Positions 8,722 through 18,354 of a DNA stretch of 64,000 bases are shown here, one piece after another (positions within the stretch are counted from its first letter, which is position 1; every line of letters begins with the position of its first letter). The notes beneath the pieces were generated by a model. It had not been told where the DNA came from. It saw only the letters and a list, made by a program, of their open reading frames with translations, and ran no database searches. This DNA is from an uncultured Anaerolineaceae bacterium. GTDB taxonomy: Bacteria; Chloroflexota; Anaerolineae; Anaerolineales; E44-bin32. A program made the position numbers and the translations under genes. The stretch spans positions 1,523 through 65,522 of the forward strand of contig CAZGRL010000001.1 in the NCBI GenBank assembly GCA_964528155.1, read 5' to 3'.

Positions 8722-10787
8722 TTAGAACTCGAGGAGGTCGGAGATCCCTTGCGAGATCGTTTCTTTGTTGGGGAGGATGCGATCCATCAGCCCAGCGTTG
8801 TAAGGGATGGGGCAGTCGGGCACGGCCATGCGCCTGATCGGCGCGTCGAGGTCCTTGAAACCTCTCTCCGCAAGCGTGGCCACGACCTCCGCCCCAAACC
8901 CGGTCGTGAGTGGTTCCTCGTGCACGACCAGGCCCTTTCCGGTCTTGGCGATCGAGGTCAACACTGTCTGACGATCCCAGGGGACGATCGTCCTCAAGTC
9001 AATCACCTCGACCTTGCCTGGAAAACGGTCCGCCGCTTCCAGGCACACATAGACCATGGCGCCCCAGGTCACAAGGGTGAGTTCCATTCCCTGCGTCAGT
9101 ATGGCTGCCCGGCCGAACGGAATCACATAGTCCGGACCAGGATCCGGCCGTCGGGCAACCGGCGAGTCGAGCAGCGCACGGTGTTCGAGGAACACCGTGG
9201 GGGCTTGGCCGCGCAGGGCCGCCCGAAACAGCCCAGCGGCGTCGGCCGCGTTTGAAGGTATCGCCACCCGCCATCCCAGGCTTTGTACAGAGAAGGATTC
9301 ACCGGTGACCGAATGCCACGGATCACCGATCTTCTTGCCGTGCCCAATCGGGATGCGAAGGACCATCGGCGCGGCGAACTTCCCGGCGGTTCGCCAGCGT
9401 AGGGTGCTGGCGTTGTGGATTTGCTCGGTCGCCGGATCGGCGTATTTGCGAAATTGGATTTCCGGGATCGGCAGCAGACCTGCCAGGGCCATCCCGATCG
9501 ATCGCCCAATGATCCCTTCTTCCGACAACGACGTGTCGAAGACGCGTTCGTCACCGAAGCGGGTTTGCAGCCCCATGGTGGCAGCATGGACCCCACCCTT
9601 GAGCCCGACATCCTCGCCGAAGATCAACGCCCGTGGGTTGGCCTCCAGCTCTTCTTCCATCACAGCCCGAACGCTACCAATCAGGTTCACCCTGGGAGCG
9701 GTGAGGTTGGGGGTGACTTCCGTGCGAAGTCGGCTCAGGCCGATTTCCGGCGCTACGCCTCCCATCGACTGGAGCGATCCGTCGAAGAAGACATGGTCAG
9801 TCGCCGAGTCGGGCATGGGTTCGGTCCTGGCACGCGCCTCGTCCAATGCCAGGCGTAGTTCCCATTCAACTTCGCTCCGAATGTGAGCCATCTCTTCGGC
9901 ACTCAGCCATTCCTCCAGGCGGCGGACCGGATCGCGGTCTGCTTCCTCTTGCTTACGTGTTTCACTCTTATAAGCCTGGTTATCGACGAAGGTGTGCCCG
10001 CTTAGTCGTGGGACGGTCAAACGAACCAGGCACGGGCCTTCACTTGAGCGTGTGTGTGATACCGCGGCCCTGATCAGCGACGCAGCCTGCTCAGGTTCGG
10101 TGCCGGAACCGCTGAGGATAGCCAGGTTCTGGAAAGAGGCCAGGTTGGCGGATATGTCGCCGCCGGGAGTCTGCAGCTGGCTCGGGACCGAGAGTCCATA
10201 TCCGTTGTCCTCGATGAAGAAGAGCATTGGCAGGCGCAGGGTCGTGGCGATCATCAGCGCCGACCAGAAACCACTCGAGGCCACAGATCCGTCCCCGCCC
10301 ATGGCGACGGCGATCGATCCCGCCCAGTCAGCCTCTCCAAGGACGTGCTCACGGTAACGGATCGCCTGCGCCCAGCCCGCCGCCGGCGTGTACTGGGAGC
10401 CGACGTCGCCCGAGGCCGGCAGCACGGCCGCCGCGCCTCGTGACTGCATCGAGAATATCACCCCCGCGTCCCGGCCTTCGGAGGGCCCACCGCTCCGCGC
10501 CATGCCGGCCGCCAGGGCCTCTGTGAGGGTCAGGCCTGCGGCCAGCACGAACGGACGTGAGCGGTAGTAGGTTGCGCGGCATCATGCGGGTGGTCCAGCA
10601 TGAGGGCCAGCAAGACCTGAGCCAACTCGTGCCCCCTGGCCGAAAACTGATAGGCTACCTCACCCGCGGGTGCAAGCTCGGTTTCCTCCAGGTCATCGAG
10701 TGTGCGCGAGCGCATGACCAGGCGCGCCACTTGCATCCAATCGATGTCGACCTGTGTGCCCTGCACAATTGAGCGTGTGTCCGTCAC
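8722..10787 (-). pseudogene. TPP-dependent 2-oxoacid dehydrogenase E1, fused alpha+beta subunits, interrupted by a 1-nt frame error near 10573
   Basis: ORF 10530-10787 ends ...LDHPHDAA. Shifting frame at about 10573 gives TYYRSRPFVLAAGLTLTE..., which continues seamlessly into ORF 8722-10548. That ORF contains the E1-alpha TPP region (GDGSV...FFIEDNGYG) followed by an E1-beta-like region. Confidence 0.85.
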
Positions 10788-11013
10788 CTTCCCGCTCTAA
10801 TCTTGACTATTATAGTCCGCGTTGAAGCGCTGACCGCAGGGCCCATCCTTCCCCCACAGCCGGATACAGCGCAACGGTGATGCCCGACGTTGAAGGTTGC
10901 GCCGTTCATCACTCCCCAGCTGGTGCATCAACCGTCACAATCAACTTCAGGTGGGCCAAACACCAGGCTGAAACCAGGCGGGTGGATGGTCGTTTCGATT
11001 TCTGGAGGCGCAC

Positions 11014-11886
11014 ATGCAAGACCTGACAGCTTCCTTCCTCGAGTTGATCCGCCTGACGGCGACGGATCTGCCTTCTGAAATTGAAGGCTCCTTGCGCGCT
11101 GCCCGTGACCGGGAGACGCCCGGATCGGCGGCCGCCGGTGCTCTTGATACGATCCTGGAGAACGTAGCTCTGGCGCGCCGGAACTCCACACCGATATGCC
11201 AGGACACCGGCACGCCGATCTTCTACGTTCACCACCCGGAGGGCTGGAGCACGCGAAGCTTGCGGACTCAGATCCGAGAAGCCACCGCCCAGGCGACGGC
11301 GCGGGCCTACCTCAGGCCGAACGCCGTCGATTCGGTGACCGGCAAGAACAGCGGCAATAACCTCGGAGACGACTATTTTCCTACGATCCATTTCGAAGAG
11401 ATTGAAGGCGAAGTACTGACAGTCGACCTGATGCTGAAAGGCGGTGGCTGCGAGAACGTCGGGGCTCAGCTTTCCCTTCCCAACGCCCAGCTCGGCGCCG
11501 GGCGGGATCTGGCCGGTGTCCGAAAAGCTGTGCTCGACGCAGTCTACAAGGCTCAGGGCAAGGGTTGCGCTCCGGGGATCCTCGGGGTGGCCGTAGGAGG
11601 GGACCGCGGATCGTCGTACTACGCTTCCAAAGAAGCTCTCTTCCGAAGCCTGGAGGACAAGAACCCCGATCCCAAACTGGCTGCGCTTGAGGATCAGTTG
11701 ACCGATGAAGCCAATCAACTTGACATTGGACCGATGGGCTTCGGCGGCAAGACGACCGTCCTCGGTGTCAAGGTCAAGAATATGCATCGGCTCCCGGCCA
11801 GTTTTTTCGTGTCGGTCTCGTACATGTGCTGGGCCTATCGTCGACGCAGGATGGTCGTCGATGGGTCTGACGTGACGTTTAGCTGA
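11014..11886 (+). CDS. Fe-S hydro-lyase alpha subunit (class I fumarate hydratase / tartrate dehydratase type)
   Basis: The PICQDTGTPIFYV motif and overall alpha-subunit architecture, followed directly by the beta subunit gene. Confidence 0.88.
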   Translation: MQDLTASFLELIRLTATDLPSEIEGSLRAARDRETPGSAAAGALDTILENVALARRNSTPICQDTGTPIFYVHHPEGWSTRSLRTQIREATAQATARAYLRPNAVDSVTGKNSGNNLGDDYFPTIHFEEIEGEVLTVDLMLKGGGCENVGAQLSLPNAQLGAGRDLAGVRKAVLDAVYKAQGKGCAPGILGVAVGGDRGSSYYASKEALFRSLEDKNPDPKLAALEDQLTDEANQLDIGPMGFGGKTTVLGVKVKNMHRLPASFFVSVSYMCWAYRRRRMVVDGSDVTFS

Positions 11887-11894
11887 GGGAGGGC

Positions 11895-12527
11895 TTGATG
11901 CACAACCTTGCTATCCCCATCCCGGATGACACGATCCGCGATCTCAAGGTCGGCGATCCTGTGTCGCTCTCCGGAGTGATGATCACCGGCCGGGACGCCG
12001 CCCACAAGTGGATGGTCGAGACATTCGTCAAGGGTACACGTGAGCCCCAGGGAGATGACCAGCAGATCTACGAGGCATTGAAGGAAATCCTGGCAGGTGG
12101 CGCGATCTACCATTGCGGTCCCGTTGTCGCCGGCCTGGACACACGTGAATACCGTTTTGTCGCCGCTGGGCCGACGACGAGTACCCGCGAGGAGCCGTAT
12201 CAGGGCGACGTCATGCGTCACTTCAACGTCAAGGCTGTCATCGGCAAGGGCGGCATGGGCCCGAAGACGCTGGCCGCCTGCGTGGAGGTGCCCGGCGTCT
12301 ATCTGCACGCGATCGGGGGCGCAGCTTCGCTCATCGCCCAATCCGTCCAGCAGGTGAAGACCGTCCACAAGCTTGAATTCGGCGTTCCCGAAGCGATGTG
12401 GGTGATCGAGGTCAGGGATTTCCCGGCCGTCGTCACGATGGACGCCCACGGCGGCAGCCTGCACGCCGAGGTCGAAGCCCGATCCAAAGCCAATCTGGAG
12501 AGGCTGCTGGCGGAAGGGCTCCGGTGA
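11895..12527 (+). CDS. Fe-S hydro-lyase beta subunit (class I fumarate hydratase / tartrate dehydratase type)
   Basis: GRDAAHKWM, IYHCGPVV and VIGKGGMG motifs; begins 8 nt after the alpha subunit gene. Confidence 0.88.
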   Translation: MMHNLAIPIPDDTIRDLKVGDPVSLSGVMITGRDAAHKWMVETFVKGTREPQGDDQQIYEALKEILAGGAIYHCGPVVAGLDTREYRFVAAGPTTSTREEPYQGDVMRHFNVKAVIGKGGMGPKTLAACVEVPGVYLHAIGGAASLIAQSVQQVKTVHKLEFGVPEAMWVIEVRDFPAVVTMDAHGGSLHAEVEARSKANLERLLAEGLR

Positions 12528-12768
12528 AACGCTAGGACCAATCGTCCGGGAAATACCCCTCACTTCTGCTGCCGCGCCATTCGCGGCACAATCTGCGACA
12601 GTTCGACATGCCCTTTGTGTCGGCGCTGATCGAAGCGAAGGGCCATTCCTCTGATATCATCTTCTCCGGCGCTGGACGGTTGATCCAAATCCGGCACTCC
12701 TCAAGCTGGAATAGAGAAAGTGTGATCGAGAGCCGAATGGTGCGCCTCGCTGCAAGAGGTCATGTCGA

Positions 12769-13299
12769 ATGCCCACGTCCACCCCGTTGGTCACGGTGAT
12801 CGGCAAATCCAGAGCCGGGAAGACGAGCCTGCTCGAGAAGTTGATCGCTGAGCTCAAACGGCGCGGCTATCGCGTGGGCACCATCAAGCATCACTCGCAT
12901 CCCGGCTTCGAGATCGACCAGGAGGGTAAAGACAGTTGGCGGCATGCTCGCGCTGGCAGCCAGCATGTCGTCATTGCCAGCCCCGATCGGATCGCCTCGT
13001 ACCGCTCCCTCGAGCGCGAACTCAGCCTAGACGAGATCGCCCGCACCATAGATGACGTAGATATCATCCTCACCGAAGGCTATATGCAGGCCGGCAAACC
13101 GACAATCCAGGTCGTGCGGGAGGCATACGGCCTTGAGTTGATCGGCTCGCCAGAACAGTGCTTTGCCTTCGCCACAGACGCCCAACTGGACGTGGATACA
13201 CCCTGCTTTGACTTGAACGATTCCATAGGGTTAGCCGATCTGGTTGAGCGGACCTTCCTCACTCAGGACTCACAAAGACACGATCTGACCGAAGCTTGA
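12769..13299 (+). CDS. mobB: Molybdopterin-guanine dinucleotide biosynthesis adapter MobB
   Basis: The segment VIGKSRAGKTSLLEKLIAELKRRGYRVGTIKHHSH...DQEGKDSWRH is MobB-like. Confidence 0.88.
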   Translation: MPTSTPLVTVIGKSRAGKTSLLEKLIAELKRRGYRVGTIKHHSHPGFEIDQEGKDSWRHARAGSQHVVIASPDRIASYRSLERELSLDEIARTIDDVDIILTEGYMQAGKPTIQVVREAYGLELIGSPEQCFAFATDAQLDVDTPCFDLNDSIGLADLVERTFLTQDSQRHDLTEA

Positions 13300-13571
13300 A
13301 CAGCGCCGGGACGCCATGGTGGACCGTGATACGATGGTCGGCGGGCGCACTGTCTCCCGCAGGCGGTGAGTCGTTCGGGCTCGTCTTGACCGCCCATGAG
13401 CTCGCATGAGTATTCGTCGGAGATCCGATATGCGGAGGCCAGCCACCTCGCAATTCTTGCTTTCTCGCTCTCCGTCGTGATCTTGCACTATCTATGATCA
13501 AGCCGTCTCTTGGGTGCGTAATGGGATCGTAGCCCTTGAGCCCCAACGGAGCCTTCCGCTCGAGACTCTCG

Positions 13572-13660
13572 GATGATTGCTCGCCCCTTCGGGCTCCGAA
13601 TGACACACTGGGGAGGGCTCCCGCTTCGAGGAAATGCCCGACCTTGTCATTCCGCCTGCC
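13572..13660. repeat. REP-like intergenic palindromic element (GATTGCTCGCC..CTCCGAATGACA ... TGTCATTCCG)
   Basis: Imperfect inverted arms at 13596-13605 and 13645-13654. The sequence resembles the GATTCCTCGC..CGGAATGACA class of intergenic repeats seen in many bacterial genomes (from memory). It sits in a 610-nt region with no credible ORF. Confidence 0.4.
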
Positions 13661-13910
13661 CACCTTTGCCTGCGCCACCCTGGCCCGACCGCCCGGGCGG
13701 GCAGGTGCAGGCAGACCACAGGCCAGGGAGCAGGGCCCGAAGGGACTTGGGAGGAATCATTGTGACGTTACTCTATTTGGCCGCTACCGGGTCATGAGGC
13801 GCACCTTCGGTGGGGGAATACGCTGATCGGAAACACGCCTCCCGGTAGACGAGGCTGCGCCATGAGCGCCAAGTGGGCCGCTTGAGCCAAGTGGGATAGG
13901 AGGGCAGACC

Positions 13911-14225
13911 ATGAGTGAACAGAAAGTCCGAACCGAAGAGTTCCACGTCGACGGCGATGCGCTTGTTTCCAAGATCAAGGAGCTTGTGCACGAGGGGAAC
14001 ATACGCCGCGTGACGATCAAGAACGAGGAGGGAAAGGCCCTCATCGACTTGCCCCTCACGTTGGGTGTGGTCGGCGCGATTCTGGCACCTCAATTGGCGG
14101 CGATCGGCGCCATCGCGGCCCTGGTCACGAAGTGTACGATTGTCGTCGAACGGGTCGAGGAGCAATCAGAGAAGTCGGCGAAGGATCGCGGTAGGGTTGA
14201 GGCCCCCGAGGCTGCCGGAGCCTGA
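13911..14225 (+). CDS. DUF4342-like small protein
   Basis: 104 aa. The segments FHVDGDALVSKIKELVHEGNIRRVTIKNEEGKALIDLPLTLGVVGAILAPQLAAIGAIAAL fit the DUF4342 pattern as remembered. GGAGG lies upstream of the ATG. Confidence 0.7.
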   Translation: MSEQKVRTEEFHVDGDALVSKIKELVHEGNIRRVTIKNEEGKALIDLPLTLGVVGAILAPQLAAIGAIAALVTKCTIVVERVEEQSEKSAKDRGRVEAPEAAGA

Positions 14226-14246
14226 CAGGCTCCGGCAGCCTTTTGG
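14211..14246 (+). terminator. Intrinsic terminator (12-bp perfect stem plus CTTTTGG)
   Basis: The sequence is GCTGCCGGAGCC-tgaca-GGCTCCGGCAGC followed by CTTTTGG. The stop codon of the upstream gene sits in the loop. Confidence 0.75.
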
Positions 14247-14294
14247 CGAGGGCAGCTCGTCTTCAAGGTCGATGGTCCGAGACACCCTCTACGA

Positions 14295-14780
14295 TCAGAC
14301 GCCGTGTGACTGCCGCCAGGTGATGATCTGGGCCATGTGTTCGGCCTCATGCCCATAGCTATCCTCGGCGATCCAATGCCCAAGAGGTTCACCATCCAGC
14401 CAGGGGAAGAGGCCCGGGTCGGCCAGTTCCTTGTCCGTGAAACCATCCACCCTGCGGGCCGTTTGACGGCGCACGGCGTGGAAGTCCTCCAGAACCTGGT
14501 TGAGGGCCCGATCCTTATGCATGGGATACCAGCGGGCGTTCAGTTCGTCGACCGTATCAGGGCTGAGTTGAGCCGTCGTGGGTTTGCGGCCCTGGCGAGC
14601 TTGCCAGAGAAGCGTCACCAACTCCGCTTCCCAAAGGCTCAGGTGGACCAGAATATCCTTAACGGACCAATCGCCGATCACGCCAGGTTCAACCATCTGG
14701 TCGTCGTCCAGTCCCTCCAGAGTCTTGAGCATGGCTTCACGGCTGGCATTGAGTTCAGAGAGGACTGCGGCTTTGCTCAC
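14295..14780 (-). CDS. ClbS/DfsB (DinB-like four-helix bundle) family protein
   Basis: 161 aa with WSVKDILVHLSLWE and a C-terminal ...HEAEHMAQI pattern typical of ClbS/DUF1706-type proteins. Confidence 0.7.
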   Translation of the reverse strand: MSKAAVLSELNASREAMLKTLEGLDDDQMVEPGVIGDWSVKDILVHLSLWEAELVTLLWQARQGRKPTTAQLSPDTVDELNARWYPMHKDRALNQVLEDFHAVRRQTARRVDGFTDKELADPGLFPWLDGEPLGHWIAEDSYGHEAEHMAQIITWRQSHGV

Positions 14781-15029
14781 TGGGTTGGTCTCCTGTATCA
14801 GCCTACAGACAAGGGTGCGATGAATGCGATTCGGAGCGAAGCGACCTCAGCCGATCCATCCGAAGGGGTTCTCTAGCCGAATGTTATAATAGCGGCCGCC
14901 GCGCCACCAGGGTTGGGCTGTGCAAAACATCAGGTCGACTCCGGCGCGAGGTAGACCATCGAAGCGGCATTCCAGGGAGGCCCTGCTGGCCGACTTGCTC
15001 CTCTTATTCTGAAGCGCGCGCGAGGCCTG

Positions 15030-16217
15030 ATGCCCGGCTCACCTGCAGTTCTCAGCAAAACTCCCGCATTCGAAGCGTTCATCCCCATCGTGCGCCCTAC
15101 CCTGCCCCCGTTCGAGGATGGGCTGCGCGACGAGCTAGCCGGCATCCTCGAGAGCGGCAACCTCACCAAGGGTGAGTACTTGCGCGAGTTCGAGGCGCGC
15201 ATCGCCGACTACCTCGGCGTCAAACATGCCGTCGGCGTGTCTTCAGGCACGCTCGGACTGCTTCTGACATACCACGGCCTTGCGCTCAAGGACGAGGTCA
15301 TCGTCCCATCGTTCACCTTCATGGCAACCGTGCATCCGCTCGTCTGGCTGGGCGCCCGACCGGTGTTTGTCGACATTGATCGCCACACCTGGAATGTCGA
15401 CCCGGCGAGGGTTGAAGCTGCGATCACACCCCGGACCACGGCCATCGTCGCGGTCCACAACTTCGGTAACCCGGCGCCGATCGCCGAACTAGAGCCGATC
15501 GCCTCGAATCACGGTCTCAAATTGGTCTTCGACTCGGCTCATGGATTCGGGTCCTTGCATCAGGGGCGCCCGGTCGGTCGTTTCGGCGACGCAGAAGTAT
15601 TTTCCCTGAGCCCGACCAAGTTGCTGGTTGCCGGCGAAGGCGGGATCGTCGCCACAGATGATGACAAGCTTGCGGAACATATCCGAGTCGGACGCGAGTA
15701 CGGAAATCCGGGCGACTACGGCAGCGATTTTCCGGGGGTCAACGCCAGGATGCCCGAATTCAACGCTGTCCTGGGCATCCACAGTCTGACCATGCTCGAC
15801 GAGAACGCCATTCGGCGGAATCGACTTGTCGCCGCGTATCGCGAAGCCCTGGACACGGTACCCGGGATCACCTTCCAGGAGGTCGCTCCCGGAGATCGAT
15901 GCTCATACAAAGATCTGTCGATCACTATTGACGAGAACACTTTCGGGCTTGGTCGAGACGAATTGGCTCTCGCCCTGCAGGCCGAAAACATCGATACACG
16001 CAAGTACCACGATCCACCGGTCCACATGCATAAGACCTACATCAGACAGCTTGAAGAGCAGATCGACCCACTGACAGTGACAAACGAGATTGCCGGCAAG
16101 AGCCTGAGCCTGCCGATCTGGTCTCACATGCGTTTAGAGATGGTCGAGAAAATCTGCAATGCGATCCACGGCATCCACGTTCACAGCGCCGAAGTGAAGA
16201 AGGTCCTGGCAAGCTGA
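15030..16217 (+). CDS. DegT/DnrJ/EryC1/StrS family PLP-dependent aminotransferase
   Basis: Family-typical layout (FE..ADYLGVKHAVGVSSGT, FSLSPTKLL with the PLP lysine, YGNPGDY). The sugar substrate is unknown. Confidence 0.85.
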   Translation: MPGSPAVLSKTPAFEAFIPIVRPTLPPFEDGLRDELAGILESGNLTKGEYLREFEARIADYLGVKHAVGVSSGTLGLLLTYHGLALKDEVIVPSFTFMATVHPLVWLGARPVFVDIDRHTWNVDPARVEAAITPRTTAIVAVHNFGNPAPIAELEPIASNHGLKLVFDSAHGFGSLHQGRPVGRFGDAEVFSLSPTKLLVAGEGGIVATDDDKLAEHIRVGREYGNPGDYGSDFPGVNARMPEFNAVLGIHSLTMLDENAIRRNRLVAAYREALDTVPGITFQEVAPGDRCSYKDLSITIDENTFGLGRDELALALQAENIDTRKYHDPPVHMHKTYIRQLEEQIDPLTVTNEIAGKSLSLPIWSHMRLEMVEKICNAIHGIHVHSAEVKKVLAS

Positions 16218-16235
16218 TCTGCTCGCCGACCTGCC

Positions 16236-17252
16236 CTAGTCCTCCCCAGCGATCTGAAGCACCGCCGCCCCTCTGAGCTCCCCCCGCCTCATTCGATCCA
16301 GAGCTTCGTTGGCACCCTCAAGAGGGAACCTCTGGACTTCCGTTCGGACCGGCACGCCCGGGGCAACCTCAAGCAAGTCGATGGCATCTTCTCGGGTCAG
16401 GTTGGCCACCGAGCGAACCATGCGCTCACCCCACAGGATGCTATACGGGAATGCCGGGATGTCGCTCATGTGGATCCCGCCGCATATGACTCGACCTCCC
16501 TTCACGACGGCCTTGAGCGCTGCCGGGACCAGGGAGCCTACCGGGGCGAAGATAATCGCTGCGTCGAGTCCCTCCGGCGCAGGCTGATCCGACGGGCCTG
16601 CCCAAAGCGCGCCCAATTGTCGGGCGAACTCTTGCGCCTGGACATCGCCAGGGCGGGTGAAGGCATAGACATCCATCCCGCGATGGGTTGCGATCTGAGC
16701 GATGATATGGGCCGCCGCCCCAAAGCCGTAGATGCCCAGCCTGCCGATCCCTTCCCCGGCCAGGCGCAGGCAGCGATACCCGATGAGACCGGCGCACATC
16801 AAGGGCGCCGCCTCCGCGTCGGGGTAGGCGTCCGGAACCGCGAAGACGTAGTCTTGATCGGCGACAGTGTACTCGGCGAACCCTCCATCGATCGTGTAGC
16901 CGGTGAACCCCGCCCGCTCGCACAGGTTCTCGTTCCCGCTCAGGCAGTAGCGGCACTCACCACATGTGGATCCAAGCCAGGGCACGCCGACTCGTTCCCC
17001 ACCCTTGAAGCGTTCGACCCGATCGCCGATTTTCACGACCGTTCCGATAATCTCATGCCCCGGGATCAGAGGCAATTTGGGGCTGGTCAGTTCCTGATCG
17101 ACGATGTGAAGGTCGGTGTGGCACACGCCACATGCGTGAACACGTATCAGGACCTGCCGGCTCCCCGGCTCAGGCACCTCGACCATCTTGGATTTCAACC
17201 GTTCGCCAGGGGTGGTGAGCACCATCGCCCGCATCTCATCTGGCTGATCCAT
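16236..17252 (-). CDS. Zinc-dependent alcohol dehydrogenase
   Basis: GVCHTDLH catalytic zinc motif, the structural zinc Cys cluster CGECRYCLSGNENLC and the Rossmann motif GIYGFGAAAH. Confidence 0.9.
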   Translation of the reverse strand: MDQPDEMRAMVLTTPGERLKSKMVEVPEPGSRQVLIRVHACGVCHTDLHIVDQELTSPKLPLIPGHEIIGTVVKIGDRVERFKGGERVGVPWLGSTCGECRYCLSGNENLCERAGFTGYTIDGGFAEYTVADQDYVFAVPDAYPDAEAAPLMCAGLIGYRCLRLAGEGIGRLGIYGFGAAAHIIAQIATHRGMDVYAFTRPGDVQAQEFARQLGALWAGPSDQPAPEGLDAAIIFAPVGSLVPAALKAVVKGGRVICGGIHMSDIPAFPYSILWGERMVRSVANLTREDAIDLLEVAPGVPVRTEVQRFPLEGANEALDRMRRGELRGAAVLQIAGED

Positions 17253-17342
17253 CTCTCTTCCCTTTCACTGAAGCAGCCTGTCCTCCGGCTGGGGCCTTGC
17301 CTCCGAGAGAATGCGACCCGGGCCCATCGTCAGCCAACATTC

Positions 17343-17831
17343 TCAAGCGCGGTCGGGAGGCCAGGTCTGCATGACTTGCCGCAGGATGGCGAACTCGCCG
17401 ATGTGATAAGCGTTGTGATCGGAAACCACCAGGATCTCTCGCAGCACGCTGTATCCCGGCGCATGGGGAAGATCCCCTATCAAGTCTGTCGTACGGTCTT
17501 CAACGATGGTCTCCAACGCCTGGTGGTCGGCCCGGAAGCCGGCCAGCGTGGCTTGCCAATCCGCTTGAGTGGCCTTCGCCTCTTTCGGCGGCCAGTTTTC
17601 ATCGGGCCAGGCCGGGGAGACGTGGTTCGGATCCTGTATGAATTCCAGGATATCCCATTGGGCGATCCGGAGATGCTCCAACAGGTGCCACGGCGTGTAG
17701 CTGACGCCCGGTGGAAAATCGTTGATACGGTCTTGAGGGAACTCATCGACCGCATCATCGAAGCTCATATGCGCGTGACCGCCCCGCAGGAGCTCCAGCA
17801 GCTGTGTGCGAAGAGCGCCTTCTGCATCCAT
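17343..17831 (-). CDS. DinB family protein
   Basis: 162 aa with a His-containing helix pattern (LLELLRGGHAHMSF...WHLLEHLRIAQWDIL...HNAYHIGE). Confidence 0.75.
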   Translation of the reverse strand: MDAEGALRTQLLELLRGGHAHMSFDDAVDEFPQDRINDFPPGVSYTPWHLLEHLRIAQWDILEFIQDPNHVSPAWPDENWPPKEAKATQADWQATLAGFRADHQALETIVEDRTTDLIGDLPHAPGYSVLREILVVSDHNAYHIGEFAILRQVMQTWPPDRA

Positions 17832-17976
17832 CGATGTTGTCCTCCTGTGTCAGAGTTGTCCGCGAAGCATTCACCCATGTCGATTGTAATCCTGCCCCTT
17901 GGCGTGATATGGCTATCGGAGCCTTCGATGACTACCTTTTCTAAGGTCACCTTACGATGATTTAAGGGAAGAGTAG

Positions 17977-18006
17977 TTGACTCGTCTACACGACAAGTGC
18001 TAGCAT
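17977..18006 (+). promoter_or_regulatory. Sigma-70-like promoter (TTGACT-N18-TAGCAT) with no downstream ORF
   Basis: The -35 TTGACT is at 17977-17982 and the -10 TAGCAT at 18001-18006. It points into an ORF-free stretch that ends at a strong terminator. Confidence 0.4.
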
Positions 18007-18012
18007 CGCTCT

Positions 18013-18330
18013 ACCGGAGGGGGCCCCTTGAAGCCCAGAAACGGGCGGCGGAGGATGGCCACCGAAGACAAACTGAAGTTGGCAAGCGGGTCGTATAAAA
18101 GCGAAAACCGTGAGCTGGTCGAACGACCGAAAGGTCGAAGAAGCCAGCAAGCGAGAGACCTGCTCTTGCAGCAGGATCACTCGGAAGCCAGCGTAGGGTT
18201 CTCCTGACTCTTCGGAGTCTGGAGTGAGTAGGTGGCCGGAAACTGAGCCCGGGGGTAAGCTACGAGGTGTCTCCTCTGGCGATTTAACCAGCCCAGCCTC
18301 GACGTGCTCTGTGCCGTCGAGGCCTTTTTC
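18013..18330 (+). ncRNA. Candidate structured non-coding RNA of unknown class (~320 nt)
   Basis: The stretch is bounded by the promoter above and an intrinsic terminator, and holds no plus-strand ORF. It contains a GNRA hairpin (CGACC-GAAA-GGTCG) and a UUCG hairpin (GACTC-TTCG-GAGTC). A 7-bp long-range pairing is possible between GGCCACC (18057-18063) and GGTGGCC (18230-18236). Confidence 0.35.
18296..18330 (+). terminator. Intrinsic terminator (GCCTCGACG-N10-CGTCGAGGC plus CTTTTTCC)
   Basis: 9-bp GC-rich stem followed by a T-run on the plus strand only. The neighbouring genes are both on the minus strand. Confidence 0.7.
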
Positions 18331-18354
18331 CCCCGTGTTTGGCTGACTTGAGAA

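Noticed and set aside
18013-18330. Tried to assign the candidate RNA to tmRNA, RNase P, SRP or 6S
   Set aside because: It has no GGGG...TTCGA 5' end or T-arm/CCA 3' end, and no plausible ...LAA tag frame for tmRNA. It has no GAGGAAAGTCCGGGC or ACAGAACCCGGCTTA for RNase P. Its match to the SRP GGAAGGAAGCAGC motif is only loose. I left it as unknown class rather than naming it.
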